DNA of 64,000 nucleotides from an uncultured bacterium (GTDB lineage: Bacteria > Electryoneota > RPQS01 > CBDVBD01), in NCBI GenBank assembly GCA_965372135.1, contig CBDVBD010000001.1:3964-67963 (forward strand), given 5' to 3'. Positions 49,108 to 58,697 of this stretch are shown one piece after another. The notes beneath the pieces are model-generated. The model did no database searches and had not been told where the DNA came from. It was given only the letters and a program-made list of their open reading frames with translations. The position numbers and the translations under genes were made by a program. Numbering within the stretch: position 1 is the stretch's first letter; every line of letters starts with the position of its first letter.

Positions 49108-51510
49108 ATGCTGAGAAACTATCTGAAAATTGCTTTTCGCAATATCTTAAGGCACAAAACCTATTCCTTTATTAATGTTGCAGGTTTAGCCATCGGAATG
49201 GCGTGTTGCATCCTGATCCTGCTCTGGGTGAACCACGAACTGAGCTACGACAAGTTCCACGAAAATGCAAACCGAATTTACCGCCTTTGCCTGGATACCA
49301 ATATCGGCGGCAGCGAGCTGCAGGCACCCGTGAGCTGCGCACCGGCACCCCTCGTGATGGTGCAAGAATTCCCGGAAGTCGAAGATGCGGTACGAGTGCA
49401 ACCCTTAGGAAAAGTCCTGGTAGAGACCGGATCCAAAAAGTTCTATGAGGAATATATCTTCTACTCTGATAATTCAGTGTTCAACGTGTTTAGCTTCCCG
49501 TTATTGCAGGGCGATCCCCAGTCAGCGCTGGTCACAGCTTACTCAATCGTGCTGACTGAAACCATGGCGGCGAAGTATTTCGGAGATGAAAATCCTATCG
49601 GTAAGACCTTAACAATCAACAACGAAAATGAGTTCACCATCACTGGAATAATGCAAGATGTTCCATACAATTCGCACTTGAATTTCAATATGTTATGTTC
49701 TTTTGAGACATTATATGCCGAGAACAGAGAGTATCTGGAAATATGGCTTGAGTTCTCCTATTGGAGTTATCTGTTGCTGGCAGAAAACACTAATATCTTA
49801 GCGCTGGAGCAGAAATTTCCCGAATTAATAGACCAGAATATGGGTGACGAACTGGGAAAAATCGGAGGAACTTTAGATTTTTTTCTACAACCTCTCACTG
49901 ATATCTATTTATATTCAAAAATGGATTACGAAATTTCTACTCTGGGAGATATTACAAATGTTTACCTCTTCGCCGGTATCGCTCTGTTTGTCCTGCTAAT
50001 CGCTTGTTTCAATTTCATAAATCTATCCACTGCCCGATCGGCAATTCGTGCACGGGAAGTCGGAATACGAAAAACCTTTGGCGCAGTTCGTGGCAAACTA
50101 ATCGCACAGTTCCTGGGCGAATCTATTATCTATAGCTTGCTGTCCTTGATAATAGCCGTCATCCTGTTGGAAATGTTCGTACCGGTATTCAACTCCATGA
50201 CCGAAGGAAAGCTGGATGTCAATCTATTCCAAACACCATGGCTGATCCCGGGATTGTTGGGGCTGGCAGTTTTGGTGGGATTGATCGCCGGTAGTTACCC
50301 TGCGTTCTTTTTGTCTTCCTTCAAGCCGGTTAAGGTGTTCAAAGGAAATCTGAAATTGGGTGCTGCAAATTCCCGGTTCCGAAGCATTTTAGTGGTATCT
50401 CAATTCGTGATTTCCATCGTTCTGATCATCGGCACAATAACCATATATCAACAATTACGGTACATGAAAACTAAGAAACTGGGCTTCAATAAAGAACAGG
50501 TTCTTGTAATCCCCACTGTCAGTGATGTAGAGGATCAGTCCAAATCCGCCCTAAAACACGAATTGGCGAGCGTGAATGGAGTAGTGAACGTTGCTCTGAC
50601 CAGCTTCATCCCTGGTGAATTCACCAGTAAAAGCGTATTTATTCCGGAGGATTTTTCCGAAGATCAAACTCAGATGATCGCCCATTTCTATGCCGATGAA
50701 AATTTTCTACCAGTATTGGGTGTGGAAATGCATGCTGGACGGAATTTCTCTCTCGAATTCGCCACTGATACCGCGGAAGCGATAATCATTAACCAAACCG
50801 CTGTCCGGAAATTTGGCTGGGACGATCCGGTAGGGAAGACTATAAAAACTCCGGATATTGAAAATGGGGAAATTATTTGGAAACCCAATACCGTCATCGG
50901 TGTGGTGAAGGATTTTCATCTCACATCCTTGCACAAAGAAATCGAACCCCTAATCATCCGCAATATCTGTGATGCCAGCATGATGTGCCTGCGTGTTTCC
51001 ACCGACCAAATCCAACACACATTGGATCTCCTGCAAGGTAAGTGGAACGACATTTTCCCGCAGCAACCCTTTGATTACTATTTCCTCGATGAATCTTATG
51101 ACAACCTGTACCGTGCCGAGCAGAGGTTGGGCGATATAGCGTTATCCTTTTGTCTGCTGGCAATTTTCGTAGGCTGCCTTGGATTATTCGGGTTGTCTGC
51201 GTTTACCGCCGAACAGCGCACCAAGGAAATTGGTATTCGGAAAGTGTTGGGCGCTTCTGTGTCAGGCATGGTCTTAATGTTATCGAAGGAATTCACTAAA
51301 TGGGTGGTGATAGCCAATGTTATTGCCTTTCCCATAGCCTATTTCGTGATGCGCCACTGGTTAGAGAATTTCGCATATCGCATCGATGTAGGTTGGACTA
51401 CGTTCGCGTTGGCTGCGATTCTGGCACTGATTATTGCCGTGATTACTGTCAGCTTCCAAGCTGTCAAAGCCGCGGTTGCTAATCCAATTAACTCCTTGCG
51501 ATATGAGTAA
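49108..51510 (+). CDS. MacB/FtsX-type ABC permease (paralog 6)
   Basis: ATG 49108 (MLRNYLKIAFRNILRHK) with AGAGGGATGA upstream. The ORF track started at 49084. Ends NPINSLRYE. Confidence 0.8.
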   Translation: MLRNYLKIAFRNILRHKTYSFINVAGLAIGMACCILILLWVNHELSYDKFHENANRIYRLCLDTNIGGSELQAPVSCAPAPLVMVQEFPEVEDAVRVQPLGKVLVETGSKKFYEEYIFYSDNSVFNVFSFPLLQGDPQSALVTAYSIVLTETMAAKYFGDENPIGKTLTINNENEFTITGIMQDVPYNSHLNFNMLCSFETLYAENREYLEIWLEFSYWSYLLLAENTNILALEQKFPELIDQNMGDELGKIGGTLDFFLQPLTDIYLYSKMDYEISTLGDITNVYLFAGIALFVLLIACFNFINLSTARSAIRAREVGIRKTFGAVRGKLIAQFLGESIIYSLLSLIIAVILLEMFVPVFNSMTEGKLDVNLFQTPWLIPGLLGLAVLVGLIAGSYPAFFLSSFKPVKVFKGNLKLGAANSRFRSILVVSQFVISIVLIIGTITIYQQLRYMKTKKLGFNKEQVLVIPTVSDVEDQSKSALKHELASVNGVVNVALTSFIPGEFTSKSVFIPEDFSEDQTQMIAHFYADENFLPVLGVEMHAGRNFSLEFATDTAEAIIINQTAVRKFGWDDPVGKTIKTPDIENGEIIWKPNTVIGVVKDFHLTSLHKEIEPLIIRNICDASMMCLRVSTDQIQHTLDLLQGKWNDIFPQQPFDYYFLDESYDNLYRAEQRLGDIALSFCLLAIFVGCLGLFGLSAFTAEQRTKEIGIRKVLGASVSGMVLMLSKEFTKWVVIANVIAFPIAYFVMRHWLENFAYRIDVGWTTFALAAILALIIAVITVSFQAVKAAVANPINSLRYE

Positions 51511-51521
51511 TAGGGAGAAAA

Positions 51522-53858
51522 ATGTTTAAAAACTACCTAAAAATCGCGATTCGAAACATTGTCAAAAGCAAATTCTATTCCGTGATTAACGTGGTAGGGC
51601 TCGCCATTGGAATGGCGTGCTGTATCCTGATTTTGTTGTGGATACAAGATGAAGTGAGCTATGACAAATTCCACGAAAACAGCAATCGTATCTACAGAAT
51701 TGTCTTAAATGATTATATCGGTTCACCGCCACCGTTGGCACCTTTAATCGAGCGGGAGATACCGGAAATCACCAAGACCGCCAGAATCGATGTCTATACC
51801 AAAGCCTCCAGTTTTGTTTTCAGCTATGGGGATAAATACTTCAACGAAGATAGATTTTTTCTGGTGGATCCGGCGTTTTTCGAGATGTTTTCCTTTGATT
51901 TCATTACCCAGCAATCAGATGATGTGCTTAAGGACGCCAGTTCAATTGTGATCTCTGAATCCACTGCGAAGAAATATTTTCTGGAAGAAAATCCCATCGG
52001 AAAAGTATTAAATCTTGAAGGCAAGCGGGATTTTGTGGTGACCGGTGTATTTAGGGATATACCGAACAATTCTCACATGCAGTTTGACTTGGCGGGATCC
52101 TATCATCTACTCATCGAAAAAGATGGATCAAAATTGGAAGAACATTGGGGCGCATATAATTATCTGACCTATTTCATGACCGAACATCCGGTGGCTCCTC
52201 GGGTGTTACGGGATAAAATCGGTGAAGCTTTCACGCGTCATACTGAGAATACCAATAATCCTTTTTTCGTGCAAAGGTTAACCGACATCCACCTGAAATC
52301 TCATGTCACAGGTGAAATCAGCCCAAACGGCAGCATCATAGATGTTTACATATTTGCTGCTATCGCGTTAATTGTACTGCTGATCGCATGTATAAACTAC
52401 ATGAATCTCGCCACGGCACGGTTTACAAAACGGACGAAAGAAATTGGGGTGCGCAAAGTGATAGGAGCCAGCCGGAATCAGTTGATTTGGCAATTCTTTG
52501 GTGAATCGGTTATCATGTCAATTATTGCTGTTTTATTGTCTGTCGCATTGGTAGAACTGGTTTTACCGATATTTAATCCCTTAGTGGATAAGCAGTTACA
52601 TTTGAATTCGCTGCGAGTAGAAATGGCTGTGGGATTAATTTTATTGGCGTTGTTGACTGGTCTGGTTGCTGGGAGTTACCCGGCATTTTTTCTATCCTCG
52701 CTGAAACCATCGAACATAATTAAAGGGAAAATCGATACCGGTCGACGTGGTTCCCAGTTTCGAAAATCGATGGTTGTACTGCAATTTGCCTTGTCAATAT
52801 TCTTCTTTTTGTTTGCGATTGTTATCAGTCAGCAGATGACATTTTTGAAGACGGTGGATTTAGGATTCAACAGAGACCACATTGTTAATATCCCAATTGG
52901 AAAGGGAGTGAATGAACGACTTATCGCCTTGAAAAGTGAATTGATGAACATACCTGAAGTTCAAAATGTCTCCTATTCCAACTTTTCCAGTGGTTACAAT
53001 CATTATCGTCAGAGCACCTGGTGGGAAGGACGACCGGAGGATGACTGGGATATGATGAGGTGGACCCCCGTGGATCAAGATTTTATCAAGACTTTTGATT
53101 TGGAAGTGATTAAGGGAAGTGACTTTTCTCAAGGAGAACAACATCTAAATCAGTATGTGTTAAACGAATCTGCTGTAAAATATATTGGCTGGGATGATCC
53201 GATTGGCAAACAATTTCAGATCATCAGGAAAGGCGAAGTGGTTGGTGTGGTGAAGGATTTTAACTTCAAGTCGTTGCATGAACCGATTCAACCTGTTGCG
53301 TTGGTGGTTTTTCCGAAGCTTTTAACCCATATTTCAATTCGGATCATTCCGCAAAACGTATCAGGAGCATTAGGAAAAATTGAAACAGTTTGGAAAGAAT
53401 TGGTTCCTGATCGCCCTTTCGATTATTTCTTCTACGATGAATCCTATGACGCCATGTACCATGCAGAGCAGAAGACCGGGAAAATTTTCCGCTATGCCGC
53501 CCTAACTGCGGTGATAATTTCCTGCCTTGGGTTATTCGGAATAGCATCCTATGCCTCGGCGCAGCGCACCAAGGAAATTGGTGTTCGGAAAGTCTTAGGC
53601 GCCACGGTGGCAAGCATTATCGGACTGATTTCCCGGGAGTTCGTAATTTTAGTGGTTATTGCCAATCTAATCACTTTCCCAATTGCCTATTACGCCATTG
53701 GTAAATGGCTTGAGAATTTCGCCTATCATATCGATGTCGGCGCAGGTGTATTCTTGCTGGTGGGGATTCTTGTTCTGGTTATCGCATTGCTTACCGTGGG
53801 GTTCCAGGCTGTCAGAGCAGCCGTCGCTAATCCAATAGATTCACTGAGATACGAATAA
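51522..53858 (+). CDS. MacB/FtsX-type ABC permease (paralog 7)
   Basis: N-terminus MFKNYLKIAIRNIVKSK. Ends NPIDSLRYE. Confidence 0.8.
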   Translation: MFKNYLKIAIRNIVKSKFYSVINVVGLAIGMACCILILLWIQDEVSYDKFHENSNRIYRIVLNDYIGSPPPLAPLIEREIPEITKTARIDVYTKASSFVFSYGDKYFNEDRFFLVDPAFFEMFSFDFITQQSDDVLKDASSIVISESTAKKYFLEENPIGKVLNLEGKRDFVVTGVFRDIPNNSHMQFDLAGSYHLLIEKDGSKLEEHWGAYNYLTYFMTEHPVAPRVLRDKIGEAFTRHTENTNNPFFVQRLTDIHLKSHVTGEISPNGSIIDVYIFAAIALIVLLIACINYMNLATARFTKRTKEIGVRKVIGASRNQLIWQFFGESVIMSIIAVLLSVALVELVLPIFNPLVDKQLHLNSLRVEMAVGLILLALLTGLVAGSYPAFFLSSLKPSNIIKGKIDTGRRGSQFRKSMVVLQFALSIFFFLFAIVISQQMTFLKTVDLGFNRDHIVNIPIGKGVNERLIALKSELMNIPEVQNVSYSNFSSGYNHYRQSTWWEGRPEDDWDMMRWTPVDQDFIKTFDLEVIKGSDFSQGEQHLNQYVLNESAVKYIGWDDPIGKQFQIIRKGEVVGVVKDFNFKSLHEPIQPVALVVFPKLLTHISIRIIPQNVSGALGKIETVWKELVPDRPFDYFFYDESYDAMYHAEQKTGKIFRYAALTAVIISCLGLFGIASYASAQRTKEIGVRKVLGATVASIIGLISREFVILVVIANLITFPIAYYAIGKWLENFAYHIDVGAGVFLLVGILVLVIALLTVGFQAVRAAVANPIDSLRYE

Positions 53859-53882
53859 CTTTAACATGTTTTTGAGGATATC

Positions 53883-56267
53883 GTGATTAAAAACTATTTG
53901 AAAGTTACGGTTCGGAACCTGTTCAAGAACAAAGTGTATTCTATCATCAACATCGTTGGCTTAGCCATTGGAATGTCGGGAAGTTTATTGATCTCCATGT
54001 ATGTCGCGAATGAGATGAGCTACGAGAATTTTCATCAAAACCGCCATCGTATTTATCGGATCTCTCTCGGATTTGGAAACAGTGACGGGAAAATGAAAAT
54101 GGCAGGAGTAATGCCTGCCTTGGGTCCCGCATTGCTCGAAACCATCCCCGAGGTGGAAAATGTTGTTAGATTCTATTCTGATCGTGGTGCAAGTATATCA
54201 TACAATGAAATTACCAGTACCGAAAACCGGTGTATGTTTGCAGATCCCGCCATATTCGATATTTTTTCTTTCACCCTAAAAAGCGGCGACAAAAATTCTG
54301 TGTTGACGGAACCCTTAACGATGGTGTTAACGGAAAGGATGGCGCGAAAATATTTTGGGACCAGCGATCCTGTGGGACAAATTATGATGTACGATGATGA
54401 ATACCCGATGCAGATCACTGGAGTTATGGAAGATGTCCCCGCAAATACTCACATAAAATTCGATGGGTTGATTTCCTATGCCTCCCTGGAAACAATGCAA
54501 CGAAGCGTGCAATCACCCTGGAACAATTTCGGGAATTGCTTTACATACATCCTGATGCATGAAAATACCACACCGGTAGGATTGATGGAGCATATCAAGC
54601 AGCTTCTGAGTACAAATACATCCCAGCAGTTTGCTGATATGTTCGATTTCTATGTGCTGCCGCTTAGTGAAATACATTTGTCATCCGGTTTCATGGGTGA
54701 TTTGGAAGCCGCGGGAAATCGGTCATTTATCATCCTTTTTTCCGTGGTGTCGGTTCTGGTGTTGGTGATTGCTTGTTTCAACTTCATGAATTTATCCACC
54801 GCACGTTCCCTGAAACGGATGAAGGAAATTGGGGTAAGAAAAGTGCTTGGTGCCAATCGTCTGCAACTGATGAAGCAGTTCTTAACCGAATCGATGTTAA
54901 TCGCCATCGCATCGATCTTACTTGGTTTAGTATTATTTGAATTGTTCTATCCTACTCTGAATTCATTCATAGGAAGTACCTTGGATGTTGAACACCAGAA
55001 CTATGGATATTTATTCTTGTTCATCCCAGTGATACTGATTGTAGTTGGATTGATTGCCGGCAGTTATCCAGCCCTGCATTATTCTCGTAATTCATCCATC
55101 GATTGTCTAAGAACCGATACGATGATACATTCCGGAAAATCGTTTTCACGGCGGTTTCTGGTGGTGGCGCAATTTGTGATTTCCATCGTTCTAATCGCCG
55201 TGACTGTCACCGTGTTTCAGCAACTTCGATACATGATCGATGCGGATCTCGGTTTCGATAAAGACAATGTGGTGTTGATATATATCCCCTGGGACCAGAA
55301 AGAAGGCAATCAAAAATATTCCGTCATCAAGGAGGAGCTCTTACAATATCCCAATATTAACAGTGTTTCCGGATTGTACGTCGTGCCGGGCATTAACAGC
55401 CGGGAGCGAAGAGGAGTACGTTTGGAAGGTACTGAAGAAGATCAATTTATCATGCTGCAAGCTGCATCGGTTGATCGTGGATTTATTGATGTGTTAGGAT
55501 TAGAGTTACTGTCAGGCAGGGATTTTTCCGATGGCGAAACTTTCAGTATAATCTTGAACGAAGCAGCAGTGACTAATTTGAACATCCAAAATCCCATCGG
55601 GAAAACTCTGGGTGTGTCAAGGGAAGATGGCATGGAAGACGCCACCATTATCGGAGTAGTCAAGGACTTTCACCTGTATTCCAAACAGGAGGATATCGAA
55701 CCTCTGATGATGTATATTAATCCGGAATATTACAATATGATTGGGGTTCGAATCGAGCCTAACGATGCTGCATCTACACTCGCCTACATGGAGGACAAAT
55801 GGAAGCAAATCGATCCCGAATCTTCCTTTCAATACTCATTTTTGGATGAAACGTACCAAAAACTATATCGTTCCGAAGAGAGAATCGGACAGCTATTCAC
55901 TGTGTTTTCCTTGTTGGCAATCCTGATTGCTTCTCTGGGCTTGTTTGGTCTGGCTTCCTTCATGACGGAACGTCGCACCAAGGAAATCGGTATTCGAAAA
56001 GTCCTGGGTGCTACCATATCCAATATCATTGCCATGATATCACGGGAATTTGTGGTTTTGGTGGTCATTTCCGGCATCATTGCGATTCCCATTGCTTATT
56101 ATTTTATGAATAAGTGGCTGGATAATTTCGCATATCATATCACAATTAGTGTTGGCGTGTTCCTGCTGGCGACGATTTTGGCACTGTGTATCGCATTATT
56201 GACTGTTAGTTTTCAGGCAATGAAAGCCGCATTGGCAAATCCGGTGAAATCATTGAGGTACGAGTAA
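53883..56267 (+). CDS. MacB/FtsX-type ABC permease (paralog 8)
   Basis: GTG start. N-terminus MIKNYLKVTVRNLFKNK. Ends NPVKSLRYE. Confidence 0.8.
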   Translation: MIKNYLKVTVRNLFKNKVYSIINIVGLAIGMSGSLLISMYVANEMSYENFHQNRHRIYRISLGFGNSDGKMKMAGVMPALGPALLETIPEVENVVRFYSDRGASISYNEITSTENRCMFADPAIFDIFSFTLKSGDKNSVLTEPLTMVLTERMARKYFGTSDPVGQIMMYDDEYPMQITGVMEDVPANTHIKFDGLISYASLETMQRSVQSPWNNFGNCFTYILMHENTTPVGLMEHIKQLLSTNTSQQFADMFDFYVLPLSEIHLSSGFMGDLEAAGNRSFIILFSVVSVLVLVIACFNFMNLSTARSLKRMKEIGVRKVLGANRLQLMKQFLTESMLIAIASILLGLVLFELFYPTLNSFIGSTLDVEHQNYGYLFLFIPVILIVVGLIAGSYPALHYSRNSSIDCLRTDTMIHSGKSFSRRFLVVAQFVISIVLIAVTVTVFQQLRYMIDADLGFDKDNVVLIYIPWDQKEGNQKYSVIKEELLQYPNINSVSGLYVVPGINSRERRGVRLEGTEEDQFIMLQAASVDRGFIDVLGLELLSGRDFSDGETFSIILNEAAVTNLNIQNPIGKTLGVSREDGMEDATIIGVVKDFHLYSKQEDIEPLMMYINPEYYNMIGVRIEPNDAASTLAYMEDKWKQIDPESSFQYSFLDETYQKLYRSEERIGQLFTVFSLLAILIASLGLFGLASFMTERRTKEIGIRKVLGATISNIIAMISREFVVLVVISGIIAIPIAYYFMNKWLDNFAYHITISVGVFLLATILALCIALLTVSFQAMKAALANPVKSLRYE

Positions 56268-56285
56268 AGGTATAAGGAGTCGAGC

Positions 56286-58661
56286 GTGTTTAAGAATTAT
56301 TTGATTATTGCCTATCGTAATTTGGTTCGTAACAAGCTGTATTCCATTATCAGTATTGCTGGATTGGCGATTGGATTGGCAGGCTGTCTGCTGATTATCG
56401 GTTTTGTCAATCACGAACTTAACTTTGAGAACTTCCACCAGAACAAAGATCGCATCTTCCGTGTCGCTGGGATCTTCTCAGTCGGAAATGCCAGCATACC
56501 GATGGCGAATATCCAGTCTTCACTCGGTCCAGCTTTGCAAGAGGAATTTCCGGAAGTGGAACAAATGGTCAGATTCCGGGCAAAACCCATTACCCGCATC
56601 ACAATTGAAAACCGGGATATTGTCCTGGATGACAACATGGTTGCTGCTGAACCAGCGCTGTTGAATATTTTTACTCTGCCCTTAAAAGAAGGAAATCCCC
56701 AAACCGCCTTAAACGCACCGTTTACCATCATTATTTCTGAAGAAATCAGTAATAAGTATTTCGGCAGCCAAAGCCCCATCGGGCAAACCTTGACCATCCA
56801 GGATGAAATGGAATTTGAAATCACCGGCGTGATGAAAAAACTTCCCACTAACACACAAATGCACAGTAACTTCATCTGTTCCTATTCCACCTTAGAAAAA
56901 ATTGGGGAAGAAGTGAAATCTTGGTACAATATCTTAACCGATTACACCTATGTATTGCTGCACGAAAACGTTGATCCGGCAACTGTTGAAGAGAAAATAC
57001 CCGCCTTATTGGAAAAACACGCCGCTGATGAAGCGCCGAATTTCCAAGTCTTTCTGCAGCCGTTGGAACGAATATATCTCCACTCGAAGTTAAGTCATGA
57101 ACTATCTCCCCGTGGAAACCTGAATATCATCTATCTCTTTTCCGGCATAGCGGCGGTAATCTTAATTATCGCCTGCATCAATTTCATCAACCTCGCCACC
57201 GCCAGAACCTCCCATCGAATGAAGGAAGTCGGAGTACGCAAAGTCCTGGGCGCCTATCGCCACCAATTAATCAAACAGTTCCTCAGCGAATCCGTGCTTA
57301 TCACCATTATTTCCATGCTGTTGGGAATAATCTTATTCGAACTCGCCTTACCGCATCTGACGACATTTTTAGGGCGTGATCTCACCATTAACATCTACCA
57401 AGACCCGGTAATTCTAACAGCAATTGCGGCAATGATTATCGTAGTCGGTGTTCTTTCCGGTAGCTATCCGGCGTTGATAATCTCCAAATTCAACCCGTAT
57501 GTGGTCTTGCGAGGCGGCATCACCAAACGAACCTCAAAATCAACCTTAAGACGGATTTTAGTGGTGGTACAGTTCACCATGGCAATCGTTCTGATCTGCT
57601 GTACATTGACCATCTTTAAACAAATTAACTATGCTTTAACAACAGATTTGGGTTTCGATAAAGAGGACATCCTGCTGCTAAATCTCGATGAAGAATTGAC
57701 CGCGGAAAAGAGCCAGCTAATCAAAAGTGAAATCCTGCAGAAAACTAATGCTATCAATGCGTCTATTGTTGCCAACGCACCCGCGGGATTTGGAATTACA
57801 CTCACCACCGTGATTCCGGAAAATAAACCGGACGAGGAAACTAAATTCATACACCTAAATAATGTTGATCAGGATTTCCTAAACACCTTTGGTATCGAAC
57901 TGGTTAGCGGTCGGTTCTTTTCGGAGGAATACCCGTCGGAACTTACTAATGCGATCGTGATTAATGAAACCGCGGTCAAAGAATTCGAAATTGAAAACCC
58001 AATTGGATTCAAATTTATGCGAAGCGAGGATGAATATACGGTGATTGGCGTGATAAAAGATTACCACACCCAGACCCTGCATGATCGTATCCCCTCCTAT
58101 GCACTATTCTATGCACCCCAATATCACCGCTTGCTGACCGTGAAACTGCCTCCGGAGAATCAAGCGGAAATCATAGCCGATATCGAACAGGTGTGGAGTA
58201 CCATCCTTCCCGAACATCCCTTTGAATACCAATTTCTGGAGGGCATGATTCGTGAATCCTATAAAGAAGATCAGAGAATCGGCACACTTTTCATCATGTT
58301 CTCCCTGCTGGCGATCTTCGTAGCATGCCTGGGATTGTTCGGTCTGGCAGCCTTTGCTGGTGAGCAGCGCACCAAGGAAATCGGTATTCGCAAAGTCCTG
58401 GGTGCTACCGTGTCGAACATCATTGGATTGCTGTCCAAAGAATTTCTGTTTTTAGTTGCGATTGCGAATGTTATCGCAATCCCGATTGCTTTTTATGTCA
58501 TGAGTAAATGGCTGGAAAATTTTGCATATCGTACGGAAATTAGCTGGGTGATCTTTTTCTTAGCAGCATTCTTGGCGTTGATGATTGCCTTGATAGCCAT
58601 AAGCTTCCAAGCTGTCAAAGCAGCTGTTACTAATCCAATTGAATCTTTGAGATATGAATAG
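56286..58661 (+). CDS. MacB/FtsX-type ABC permease (paralog 9)
   Basis: GTG start after AAGGAG. N-terminus MFKNYLIIAYRNLVRNK. Ends NPIESLRYE. Confidence 0.8.
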   Translation: MFKNYLIIAYRNLVRNKLYSIISIAGLAIGLAGCLLIIGFVNHELNFENFHQNKDRIFRVAGIFSVGNASIPMANIQSSLGPALQEEFPEVEQMVRFRAKPITRITIENRDIVLDDNMVAAEPALLNIFTLPLKEGNPQTALNAPFTIIISEEISNKYFGSQSPIGQTLTIQDEMEFEITGVMKKLPTNTQMHSNFICSYSTLEKIGEEVKSWYNILTDYTYVLLHENVDPATVEEKIPALLEKHAADEAPNFQVFLQPLERIYLHSKLSHELSPRGNLNIIYLFSGIAAVILIIACINFINLATARTSHRMKEVGVRKVLGAYRHQLIKQFLSESVLITIISMLLGIILFELALPHLTTFLGRDLTINIYQDPVILTAIAAMIIVVGVLSGSYPALIISKFNPYVVLRGGITKRTSKSTLRRILVVVQFTMAIVLICCTLTIFKQINYALTTDLGFDKEDILLLNLDEELTAEKSQLIKSEILQKTNAINASIVANAPAGFGITLTTVIPENKPDEETKFIHLNNVDQDFLNTFGIELVSGRFFSEEYPSELTNAIVINETAVKEFEIENPIGFKFMRSEDEYTVIGVIKDYHTQTLHDRIPSYALFYAPQYHRLLTVKLPPENQAEIIADIEQVWSTILPEHPFEYQFLEGMIRESYKEDQRIGTLFIMFSLLAIFVACLGLFGLAAFAGEQRTKEIGIRKVLGATVSNIIGLLSKEFLFLVAIANVIAIPIAFYVMSKWLENFAYRTEISWVIFFLAAFLALMIALIAISFQAVKAAVTNPIESLRYE

Positions 58662-58697
58662 TCTCGAACATTGGGGATAAAATTCTAAGGTTTAACC